Below, one piece after another: positions 11,411 through 23,252 of a stretch of DNA of 64,000 nucleotides; the stretch's first letter is position 1, and each line of letters opens with the position of its first letter. The translations under genes and the position numbers were made by a program. The notes below the pieces were generated by a model that did not search any database, was not told where the DNA came from, and was given only the letters and a program-made list of their open reading frames with translations. Origin of the DNA: Podarcis pityusensis (taxonomy: Eukaryota); assembly GCA_964106645.2 (NCBI GenBank), contig OZ067052.1. One strand, 5' to 3'.

Positions 11411-13155
11411 TTTATATATATATATATACATAAAAAAAATAATTGGTGAGCTGCAGTGGCCTTCTCTGTTCCTTTGCACTCCATGTTTGGTAGCCTTTCC
11501 CCTGGAGGAGATTCTGCACGCAAAAGGCACCTGTAGGCAACAAATTGAAAAACCCGATTCTCAAAAGGCTTCCTTCCCAAGTCCTGTAAGAATAGTCAGC
11601 CACCTTTGGGTCTGGAAGCAAACAGTGAGAAGAGTTTTTACTTTGCAGGCAGCCTGCCAGAAAGAGACTGAGCAAGGAGTGCTATCCTGGACTGCAGAAG
11701 CACCTACTGCATAGGCATTTTCTCTCTTGGGACTCCACACCTTCACCCCTGGAAAATAACCAGGCTTTTTAACTTGCAATAGACTTTGAGCGGTCTTTGT
11801 GGAATTGTCAAGTTGCCAGGGTAGAGCAAAGCTAGGAGACGGCTGAATGCCTAGGTAGCACTGGGTCAGGAGGGAGTGCCTCTGCCCCTTTACCTTTAGG
11901 ATCAAACCATTAATGGGAAATATATTGTTTCCCTTTCAGAAATCTAATGTGTGGAGCAAATCTCACCCCTGTTTCTCTCCCTTTGCCATGCCCTGACCTT
12001 CCCTCCTAATATATTTTTGGTGCCACCACTGGCAGGGAAGTGCAGACATATACTCTGCAAAATATATAATATGTAACATGAAAAGCAAACCACCTTCTTG
12101 CCAAAGTAGTTTCTTCAGCAAGGTGTCAAGCGGCCCTGTTCAATTCACGCTCTGTTGTTGACATCGGGGGGAGGATATTATGCTGATGAAAAACAGGAGC
12201 AACATTACAAGATGTCATTGCAACGATTCTCCTTTTCTTGTACTTTCTCTCCATTAGGATATAAATAATTCTGTTTGCCGGATACGATGGGAGTTGCAAG
12301 GATTCCATAGATTAATTAGGGAACTTAAAAAATAATAATACTATATTCAGACTTGTTTTTCAGTGCAAGGCAGAGCCAGGCTTTGCAGAGAAGTCATACG
12401 CTAATCAGAAGCTACGTCTAGCAAATCTGAGACATTTGATAAGCAACAACATCTGTGTGTGGTTATATAAAATCTTAAGGTCTCTCTACTCAGTAATGTG
12501 TGTGATGGAAGAAACTGATTTGAGAAGTTGAAGAAAGAAAATATTAACCATTTGTAATCTGCACAGGAACATACATTTATAGCAGGCTAAACAGGTCAGG
12601 AGTTCAACTGTGTACATGGCGGCTCCTTTAGCCCCACAGCATTGGCAGGCATGACCTGAGGAGGCTACTAATTGCAAAGCAATGCCCCTGTCCCATTTCT
12701 GTCCTACTTTATCACTGGTATCCATTGTCTCCTACGGCAGGGAGTTCCACCATTCATTGGCTGCAGTGGATGATGGATTTTTTTAAGATGGCTGTGTGTG
12801 AATCACTGTGTATACCTCCCACCAATACATTTGCCTATGGGGGAATATTTGCAATACGTTATGGGTTTTCATTTGTAAAGCACAGGCTCTCATTTTACTA
12901 ACAAGCTAGCCAAGCAGAGGTTTTCCGGAACACCTTAGAGCAGCCTTCACCAACTTGGCAAATAAATATGGCGTGATGAGCACAGGCTTTATCTACACAT
13001 TCCTAGTTGGAACTTACTTGCGAGAAAAAGACAAACCAGTCATATTCATACCGTTTGGCTTTGTAAATGCACTTGCTATCCTGACAAACTGCTCTTTTGG
13101 AAGGTTGCTCTTAAGATAAAATGATGAAGGAGACTTTTTCTCTGAAACAAGAATA

Positions 13156-13303
13156 CCATATTTTTCTGTGTATAAGACTAGGTTTTTTCCCTAAAAAATG
13201 AATTCAAAAGTTAAGGGGCGTCTTATACACGGATACATCTCCCCCATTTTCTTAAATCTGAGTCCCCAAAAATAGAGGGTGTCTTATACACAGAAAAATA
13301 CAG
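13156..13303. mobile_element. Short Tc2-like MITE
   Basis: TIRs CCATATTTTTCTGTGTATAAGAC...GTCTTATACACAGAAAAATACAG, TA-flanked. Confidence 0.8.
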
Positions 13304-14426
13304 TATGTAGACTTGAGCTCTTTCTCTGAACATATCATTGTTAATGACCATATCATGTGAGTTCTTTTAAAATCCTCCATGTGTTAAAAAAGCGATTTAA
13401 TGTCTACATTTGAAGGGAACAGACATGTCAGTTGTTTGAAACCTTTCCCTCAGATTTTGGAACATAAAAAGTAGCAACCTGTCTTTTTTTGCAATAATCC
13501 ATTTGGAGTTTTGGGGAAGGGGAGAATTGGCAACAAGGAGCATAGAAGGAAGCAAATTAAACTGGGAAGGCTATTTACTCTCCTAAATAGTCCAAGATGA
13601 CGCGCTCTCTCTCTCTCTCTTTCCTTCCTCTGCTTCATGCACTGCTCTATATAAAGGGCTAGCCAGCATTTTCAAGCCAGTAAAACGATCAGGTGCCTTA
13701 TATCCTGGAGGCTTCTAGAGAGAATGGAAGCGGAGAATGTGCTCTGAATGACGTCAGCTGGGTAAATAATACCCTGCATTGAAATTGCCAGAGTATGCAT
13801 TGCCCTTTCAGCGAGGCCCTGCTGAGGCCATCCTACTGCAAAGAAAACTGCACAGGCCAGATGCCTTTTTCTGCAGTATATTTCTTTTCTCCTTTTTTTG
13901 TACAGAGTAGGAATTCAAAGGAGCGGAAAAGAGGGGGAAGGTGCCTGGAGAAACAAAATCTGCCCGTGCTCAGCGTGGAAACACCTTGGGCAAGAGACAT
14001 TTTCACTGGCTGCTTTCTGTTTATCTCAGGACTGGCCATGCAAAAACGGAGAATCAGCCGGCCACCCATTTCCAAATTCAGCACCCTGAAGACTGCACAT
14101 CTCTGTTCCTCGCTTCTTTCTCATTTAACCCCGGAGAATAACAAGGAAACATCTCTGTTGCTCACCTGTTTCTAGCCTCAAAAGTTTCCAGATAACTTCC
14201 AAGTTATTAGTTAACCCAGATTGTGGAAGCAGAATAAATTAAAGCAATATTAAATATTACCTAACAAATTTAGATCTCGGAATTTGTGCTTCCTGGGGAA
14301 AGAATCCATAAAGCTCAGTGTCTGACTGCTGCTGCTTTATTTTATATCTGCTTTGGGGGAGCAAGTAATGATTGATACCGCCCCCCAGGCCTCTCTTCTT
14401 TTAGTGGCTGATGGCTCTCTGGATAG

Positions 14427-14780
14427 AAGGTAAAGGTAAAGGGATCCCTGACCATTAGGTCCGGTCGTGGCCGACTGGGGTTGTGGCACTCATCTCGCTT
14501 TATTGGCCGAGGGAGCCAGCGTACAGCTTCTGGGTCATGTGGCCAGCATGACTAAGCTGCTTCTGGCAAACCAGAGCAGCACACGGAAATGCCTTTTACC
14601 TTCCTGCCGGAGTGGTACCTATTTATCTACTTGCACTTTGACATGCTTTCGAACTGCTAGGTTGGCAGCAGCAGGGACCGAGAAACGGGAGCTCACCCCG
14701 CTGCGGGGATTCGAACCACCGACCTTCTGATTGGCAAGTCCTAGGCTCTGTGGTTTAACCCACAGCGCCACCCACGTCCC
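14427..14780 (-). mobile_element. Sauria/Squam1-type SINE, full length
   Basis: tRNA-like head with GGTTCGAATCCC box B on the minus strand; (ACCTTT)n tail; near-identical to the 18243-18596 copy. Confidence 0.9.
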
Positions 14781-17700
14781 TACCAATCTGCTTATACAGC
14801 ACTTCAATTTGCATCTACAAGGCAGTGTAGAAGTCTCAGAGAAAGGGCCCCTGCTCCTTTAGAGTGCACCTTTTAGCAAGAGAAATTGGGTGACAAACCC
14901 TTTGGCTGGAGAGTGTTAAACCCTCCAGCTCTCTAATTCCCCCTTGCCATTTCCTCCAGCTGCTAATTCATCTCCGACCTTCAACAAGTGGCAATCACCT
15001 AGGCAGATGTGTTGGCATGGCAACGGCTCCAAGGAGACGCTCTGCTCGCACTTGCCAGTGCCTGACCCACAGTCACCTTGTGCAGGAAGAGAAGCTGCGG
15101 CCCCCTCTCCCCCCACCCCACCCCAGGTTACGGTTACAGCCACACTTGGATTAGTGTGCATAATGCATAAATCTCTATCTCTGCAGCCTTGCATGCAGCA
15201 GCCACAACGTACCTGGGGACTAGATGCAGCGGGGGTTGTTCCCAGAAGAAGCCAAGAAAGCAGTTGATATTCAGTCTGGCCATGTCTTAAGATTCTTGTT
15301 CTGGCTGAATCAACCCGTCACAATTAATGCTGGTATCTCTGTGTTGTCGATGTAACTGGGAGGTGTTAGGAGAGCCTTTCAACCCAGCACTTCTTAGCGT
15401 ATATGTGTTGGCTCAGTAAACCTTACAAGAACACTGTAAGGTAGACCACAGTCATCCCTGTCGTGGAGGGGGGGTTACTTAATTGACACAGAAAATCCCA
15501 CTGGTGAGCTCACAGCAGACACAAGGTTTGAAGCGCAGACATATCGACTCATACATAACTTGCCCTCTTAGCTGTTGACGCTGCACCAGCTCCCAAATCT
15601 GACGGCTGAGACTTGAAACATGTAGAGTTCAAGAGATCAATTTTCCAGATACCGGCTGTGAACCTTGATGGAGATTATATGCCTGCAAGCCAATAATGAA
15701 TAAGCAGAGGTGGTGAACTTAGAAAGGAGACTAGAAAAGGCTACGTGCCCACATCTGTCCTGAGTTGCCCTTAAGTCTGGGGTCTTGGCCACTGACCTAG
15801 TTGCTGTCTCTTGGCCTCAATGTTGCGTCTGTAAAATGGGAATATATGACCTCTCTTTCACATTGCTGTTGTGATTGCAAAGACAATAAGCACCTTACAA
15901 CTACTAAAACGTTTTACCTCAAGTGAGCCTCATTGGATCGGCAGAGGGGTCTGAGTTCAAGACCAGTGAATGGCCAGGAAGTGTTTTGTGACTTGCCAGT
16001 TGAGGTGGGTTATTTATTGACACTTGCCTTTCTCTCTTTCTTCCAGTTAGCCTCAAGCTCTGAGGGGTCCGCACAGCCAACACTCCCTGCCAGAGCAAGC
16101 CTGACATCAGCAGTTGCCAAGGAAATGGGTTTATTATTATTTTTATTATTATCAAAGCCACGTTCTTTGGAAATTTAACAAAGTGCACATCCGTCATCTC
16201 CCTTTCTTGCCACTGTGGGGGCTGGTATCTTGGACAACACCTGGCTGGCATCCTAACCCCTCCAAACAACAACATAACGTTTGTCCTTAGAGTCAGTGGC
16301 TGCCTCTGCAGGCTTGCTGTGAGCAAGGGGGGGGGGGGCATTTGGCATATTGAGTAAGTAGGCTTCTGCTTTGGCTGTCCCTGGTGGATGGGTGGGGGCA
16401 GCCATGTCACCTGTCACTGAATCGTAGAAAGGTAGAGTCAACTACCTGAAGGAGCAGCCTTTCAGATTGGAAGGACAACGCACGCTTTCTCCCAGGTAAG
16501 TGGGGTTACAATGGCAGACTAAACTTTCCGAGTCAAAACAGCCTTATAGCCAGCTTTATCTAGAAACAAATACTGGATCCATTAATCCATTAATAACATT
16601 AAGTCATTTCAAGCATGTTGGAAACCCGATACATTTCTGTTCTCACCCTTCCGTTTGGGCGTTCCAAGGCTGTTGCTATTTTTGTGTGGGTTTCCATCAC
16701 AAACTGGCCAAATCCCGGCTGTACAATTACGGTTGATGGTTGATGATCAGACTTTTACCGTAAGGGAAGTGACTGGGAAACATCTTGGAAAGTGCAGGCC
16801 GACCCTTGCTTTGACGCAACCTCATCTAATCTCCCCACAAATTGGGATGAGTACTCAGCCAGCAAGTTGTTCAGAAGCATCCTGTGATTCCCACTGTCTT
16901 ACCACATAAATTTGGGGTATGGGTCTGCCCAGTAGTACTCTGGCTGGTTATCCAGATTTAAAAAACAAAACAAAACCACCCTGCAAAGCAATTTACACAC
17001 ACTTTGTGCTAAGAGGTTGTCTGTAGGATTCAGCCACTGTTTTTTTGTGACTTGACTCCTGGACTTGATGAATGCAGTCCCTCGTTTTCTGAAGGCCATT
17101 CGTACATTACGTGTGTCCGACACATATTCCTCTCTGTGCCAGTATGCTTTTATTTTCTCTTTCTTGTTCTCCAAAGGGCTTATATCAGTGTTTGATTTTT
17201 CAAATCCGAACCCTGTGGGAACTGCAGCTGCTTAGAAAATGCAAGCACCTCTGCTAACAAGAGTTCTCACAATAACCCTCCCTTTTATACCAAAATTCCC
17301 AGGGATGCTTTGGAAGCCAGTATCCTTCCAAGTCATCTTAGTGTTGTAAGCTTTCAGGCATCCACCTCTACAAAGCAAGGAATTATGTGGATATGGGGGG
17401 GGGGTGTTCTTCGTACCACCAGTTACAAAATATTATGATCATTCCTGTCTCTGCGTGTTCTCCGGCTCTCGGCCTGCAATTCTTGCCTCATGCCCCCAAT
17501 GCACTTCAAAGCCCACTGGCTCCTGTTCCTGCCTCTCTTTTATCAGCTATTTATTTATCCTTGTTCCAGTTCAAAGTCCAAAACCTTCCAGTCTTGTTTT
17601 GTTAACATTTTCCCCCCTCAAAAACAAGCACATTTTTGATAAACAGCCAGCAGGGCTGGGCTGAGCGTTCTCTTTGTGGTGGTACCAAGGGGAATTTATT

Positions 17701-18242
17701 CTGGCACTGCGAGGATCCCATCACAGTTGCTCGTGAGGAGCAGCGAAGGTTGAGAGGCTCCCCTTCTCCCTAATTGTTCCCTACTTAACATGCATGGCAG
17801 ACCTCTTTATTACTTGCTATGTTTTGAAAAATAGGGATCAGATAAATGGCAAGCTCTTATTGGGGAGCACAGTACGATCCCCAAACACCCCACTTCTTCA
17901 CATTATTAAAAAATGAAACGAAAAGTGAATCTGGTATTCTTGATGCCACGAATAAACTATTAAAGGTATAATAAAACACCAAGTGATGTTCAGTGAAATT
18001 AGCAACCGAAAGCCTCTGCCTCGAGAAATTTCCAAACATTTGGCAGCCAGGGAAGTAGACATGGGCAAATAACCTTATACAAATTTGCGCCAGGAATGAG
18101 GGATTTTATGCAAGGGGCTCCCCACATAAAGGGTCCTTTGAGCAATGGTTTAAAGGAAGGAGAGGTGGTGGCCCCCTGGCAGAGCAACAGAGAGGCAAGG
18201 AAGGGGCCACCGCAGCTTTTGCTTCTCCCCAATTCAATCCCT

Positions 18243-18596
18243 GGGATGCGGCTGGCCCTGTGGGTTAAACCACAGAGCCTAGGACTTGCTGATCAGAAGG
18301 TCAGCGGTTCGAATCCCTGCGACGGGGTGAGATCCCGTTTCTCGGTCCCTGCTCCTGCCAACCTAGCAGTACAAAAGCACGTCAAAGTGCAAGTAGATAA
18401 ATAGGTACCGCTCCGGCGGGAAGGTAAATGGCGTTTTCGTGCACTGCTCTGGTTCGCCAGAAGTGGCTTAGTCATGCTGGCCACATGACCCGGAAGCTGT
18501 ACGCCGGCTCCCTCGGCCAATAAAGTGAGATGAGCGCCGCAACCCCAGAGTCGGCCACGACTGGACCTATTGGTCAGGGGTCCCTTTACCTTTACC
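18243..18596 (+). mobile_element. Sauria/Squam1-type SINE, full length
   Basis: Box B GGTTCGAATCCC; ACCTTT tail; TSD TCAATCCCT. Confidence 0.92.
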
Positions 18597-18925
18597 TCAA
18601 TCCCTGGTGTCACCTGGTAGGGCTGGGAATGCCCCATCTGAAACCTTGGAGAGCCACTGCCAGTCAGTGCTGGTGAGGCTGAGCTAGATGCATCATTGGT
18701 CTGGCTTGGTAAATGGCAGCTTCCTGCGTCTTAAAGGCCATATAGCTCAGCAATGGGGGATTTGCTTGCCCACAGAAGGTCCTGCTTTCAAATCCCAGCA
18801 ACTCCCGTTAGGACTGAGGAAACCTCCCGTCTGAAACTCTGTGGAGAGCTGCTGCCAGTCAGTGTGGGCAATACTGAGTTGGAGGGACCGATTCTCTGAC
18901 TCGGCATATATAAGGCAGCTTCCTC
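18597..18925 (+). mobile_element. Two adjacent Squam3-like tRNA-derived SINE copies (first is 5'-interrupted)
   Basis: Both share GGAGAGC..CTGCCAGTCAGTG...GGCAGCTTCCT; the second has a TAGCTCAG box A. Confidence 0.7.
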
Positions 18926-21900
18926 CCTTTGTCATTTATGCGAGAGAGCAGGCGAGTTGCACGCTGCGAGCTGTTTCCAGCTGGCAAGCTGCTGCAGCCC
19001 CGAGCCCAGCGCGAACTCATTCTTTCAGTCAACAGCGAGGCTTCGCAACAGCAGGGGGATTAATGCAAAGAGGCAGCTTGCTCGGCTCCCTCCGTGCTTC
19101 ACCACCAGCTCATCGCCCCCATAAAGAGGGAGGGGAGGTCGTCACTGGAAAGTCAACGTTAGTGCTTCAGACTAAGAGAGAGGTAGCCAGGCAGTGTGAC
19201 CTGTGGACAGAGAGCAGGATTGTCTGTTTTTCTCCTGCAGAGTGAGCAGGCCGAAGTTGTCACAGCGCTCCTTCGGATGCGAATCCAGAGGGAAACAAGA
19301 GCTCTTCTGAACGCAGATTGAGGCAGCAACTGGGAGGCAGCCAAAACCAACGCCAAGGCCTCAGGCTCCCTGGAGAAAGGGTCGCTGCATTCCTGGCGGC
19401 TGCCTGGTCACAAGGCGAGCCCGATGGTGACGCAACGCTGTCTGTTTACTGCCAGGAGCGAGCCCAGGAAAGAGCCTGCCCTGAGCAGACCCTTGCGGTG
19501 CCAAGGCGAACTGAGGTCAAGGCTCCTCCTTCTGGAAGCCAGGCAGGGGTGACGAAAGACCGTGCTAAGGAGGCAAGGCCTCTCAAGTGCTGTAAAGGTG
19601 GATTTGGTGGGAAGTGAAGGGGGATTTCCCCCCTTTATTCCAATGTGTTTTGAGCATAGGCTGTTTTCCAAAGGGGACAAGTGCTGGCTGGTTCTCAGGA
19701 CTGGCCCGAGAACTTCTGCTACCTGAGAGGGGGAAAGACAAATTGTGCATTTCACGCCTGTAGGGTGGAAGGCAGGGAGACCAGCAGTAGGTGGCGCCAG
19801 AGCCAATGAAAGTGGAGCCACCCTAAGCTCTTGTAGGTTGAAGGCAGACAGGTTGGTGGGGCAGTGCCCCTTTTCCCCTAATGCAGCAGCCTCCACTGCT
19901 CACAACCCCTTCCATGCACAGACTGGCAGGTGGCTTTTCAATGTGGACAACGTCCTCTGCTGTACCTAAAGGCAGGATGAAGAGCACCTGTCACACCTCA
20001 TGGTCTACATAGCTCTGTCCTCCAGTACCACCACCACTCCCTTCCCTTCCCTTCCCACGCCACCCCGCATCTGTTGCCCGAGGCAGCTTCCTCCCTCTAC
20101 CCAATATTAGGGCTGGCCCTTCTAGTTCCCCAACTCCAGATTACTTCTGTCCCCTAGCGAGCCCAATGAGGGGACGGACGAGCTGGGAGTGATTTGACCT
20201 CTGCAAATCAACAGACATAGTGGCTCTTGGAAAGTGTCAGGCAATGGGGTTAAAGGGGAAAGGATTATCCATAGATAACACATTTTTCAGCAGCTGTGAG
20301 ATTTTATTGCGTGTTATTTTGCTGCCTTCACCTTTTCTTCTTTGAGATTAAGAAATACACAGGGCAAACCTCTGGATCCAATGCTTTCTCTTGATGAATT
20401 AGTTTTCTATGCAGTTGGGAGTGTTTCCCCACAAGGGACATTAAAACCTGGACACACACCCTTGGCCTCAGGTGGTATATGCAACCCAGCAAAAGCTTCC
20501 CCGTTGATTTATATATATATATAGTGAGTGGTCTGAAGAGGGTGACTCTTTGGTAAGTTATCTTGATACTTTTTTGAGAGACTGAAAAGTTGTATTGCAA
20601 GGAGAGAGAACATTATCTTGCAACCATAGAACAGCAGAGGGCAAGTATTTTGGGGGAGGCAACAGCTCTGCTGAGCGGTATAATGCCTGCACTACAAGTT
20701 GATGCCTGCCATGCTGACTCACAAGCTTAGTGGGCACAATAGATTGTAACTGGTGTGTGAACTGCTGTAGAGACAACCTGGAACCTCCTCAGAATTTGGG
20801 GCTGATAGTGACAAATATTAAAACTTGGGCAACAACAAAGTTCTGTATTGGATGTCAAAGGTTAGTTGAGCTGCAGGAGAAGAGGAATTCCTAAGAAGCA
20901 AAGAGCCTCTTATTTTCTCTGGCCAGCATCCCCTAGTTGAGAACTGTGGCAAAAAATAACTGATCTTTATGAGCAGATCTTGCATTGAGGCAGCAGTTTC
21001 CTAATCTAATAATAGGCCCCGAGCTTGTTGATGGCATGATTCATGCTGCATTGCATAAACCAGCTGGAAGGGTCGCTCCAGTCTCCAGAACATCAGCTCG
21101 AGACATCGTGACTAACAAAACTCCCAGCTGCTCTCTGCCTTTCTGTACATAGCAAGGCACACGTGAGCCTCTTCTTTGCCCTACTGAGCAAATGGGGACG
21201 GAGGCCACACATGCACGGTTGCACCAATGTGCAAAAGCTCTTGTGGTGAGGACGACAGGCCTTCATGCAGCCTGCTTTGTGTAGCAAGATATTCCTAGCT
21301 GTTAAGGAGGGTTGATTTTTTTTGCCTTTTGCACAGCACAAAGGCACAAGAGAGCACAGCTTCGGGGTGTGGGCAGGAGAGAAGCCAGTGCTGTTTAGAA
21401 GGACTAAAAGGGCAACCAGCAAGTACAGTATTTAAATGGGACCAGCACTCTCCTATTCCTTCTCTAAAGTATGTTAAAAGGGAAAAAAATCACCAGCTGA
21501 ATCAGACTACACTGTAGATCCCAGGCAGCCTCTGCTGTCTCAGCTGTGGAGGGAGAGGCTAAGCAGCTCTCCTTAAGTCTGTTTCTGACACAACCCTTTC
21601 TCTTCTCCTCTTCACAGCTTTGCCCAGCCACATCTCCTGCCCTTCCTGTGAAGATGATGCGCCGGTTTTCCAGATTCGCGTTGGGATGGAGATGCTCATT
21701 CAATCCCACTTCTGGCCACACTGGTGGCAATGAATCTTCAGCCTGCAGCCCTGCTCCCATATGAAATATTTAGTTACATTATCTTTTGTGGAAAAACTTA
21801 GCGGCTGCATTTTCTTCCTTACAATTCAGGTGAACAAGGTTAAGTGACCAAAATCACCTCATATGCTTCTGGGACTGGCTTCCTCAAATGTTTCTTCAGA

Positions 21901-23128
21901 ATAACATGTTTTGTGATTTTTTTAACATGCACAAGTTTAGGGTGAAAAATCATCTGCTGCCTCCCACTTCTTCAGGGGCCCCAGCTAGATGCATTAGCTG
22001 TACACGGTGCAGGACAGTCTCGTTGGATGCTTAAAATGTCAGCTCTAGCCTCAGTAGGGAGACCTTGGCCTTCCCATCATGAAATAAATCACCTGTTGCT
22101 CTCACATGTCGTCAGCACTTTTCTCATCTACTTTTGAGGCTGTGGATGATGCAGTTAGAGCTGTGGGTGCACGAAAGACAGAGAGAGACCAACACACGCA
22201 CTTTCCTTCCATACCTAAAACTGCATTTGGGGGTGGTACAAGCCTAATTTTTAATCACTAATGACACAGTTTCATAGTACATACAGTGCAGACTGAATGA
22301 GAAGCCGCTGTATTCCACAGCGAAAGGTGTGCAGTGAGGAGGAGAGCTCCCTTCCGCACTTTAGTAAATTCGGAAACATTACAAAGCCAGACATTTCACA
22401 AAGAAGCTAGAATGTAGAGGGGGGGTGGAAGGAAACTTAAAACAAAAAAACACCCTACACAAACCCGTGTTTTGGCAGCAGCTGACAAGACAGACAATGG
22501 AGGTTTTTAAAATAAAAACCCACTCACGCACAAGTCAATGTTTCACTAAATTATGTAATTAACAGAGTCACAGTTCTCGAAAGTGCAAGTTATTTCTGCT
22601 CCATCTGAGTCAAGGAGGGCCTTTTCCCCTGAAGACCCACCAGGGAGCGTTGTGCATTCCTGCTGGTGAGGCTGTTTTCTCTCTCCAAAAGGCCTCTTAA
22701 AACACACACATACCCCCCCCCCAAAAAAAAAACCTTCCCTCCGGGGTTGGCGAGATGTTCTGTGGTGGAAGGGAAATACTGAAAGACCCACAGCAGCCCC
22801 AGGCTACCTCTCAGCCAGAAACTTGGTAAACTTTCACACAAACCAAGATTTTTGCTCCTGTTGACTCCTCAGCAAGATGACTCCTTGCTCATACTTTCCA
22901 GGAGTTTCTGAAAGCGAAGCAGAGCCCCCAAACAATAGCAGATCAGGTGGTCAATAATATTGCAGCACAGCCAGCCAAAAAAGGGAAACCTTCCCAAGCA
23001 TTTCCCTACCCACCCACCACAGCCACTGCCACTCTTACAAAAAATGGGAGTGGGCAGGTGGGATTGAGACCCCTGAAGCAGAAGCCAGCATCTTCAGCTG
23101 GTTCTCGTTGGATCCCCAGAGGCTCGAG

Positions 23129-23252
23129 CTAGCCTCCAGCTTTCTTCCTGGCTTGCTTGAAGCGCCGAGGCTTCAGGATGGTATAGTTCATGTACGTTGT
23201 GTGCTGGTGGGACAGGAAGGGGATGTAGAAGGCCCGAAAGAACTTTGAGGAC
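23129..23252 (-). CDS. ALG9: ALG9 exon 15 (SSKFFRAFYIPFLS...RKKAGG*)
   Basis: ccag|G acceptor; TAG stop at 23131-23129; candidate ATTAAA polyA signal at 22250-22255. Confidence 0.95.

Noticed and set aside
17090-17135. Minus-strand peptide EYVSDTRNVRMA faintly like PP2A-A ELVSDTNQHVKSA
   Set aside because: The match is short, there is no polypyrimidine acceptor, and downstream residues do not match. Treated as chance unless tBLASTn supports it.
18243-18330. tRNA-like box A/B sequences (also at about 14700-14780, 18740, 39690 and 56420)
   Set aside because: They are SINE heads, not complete cloverleaf tRNA genes.
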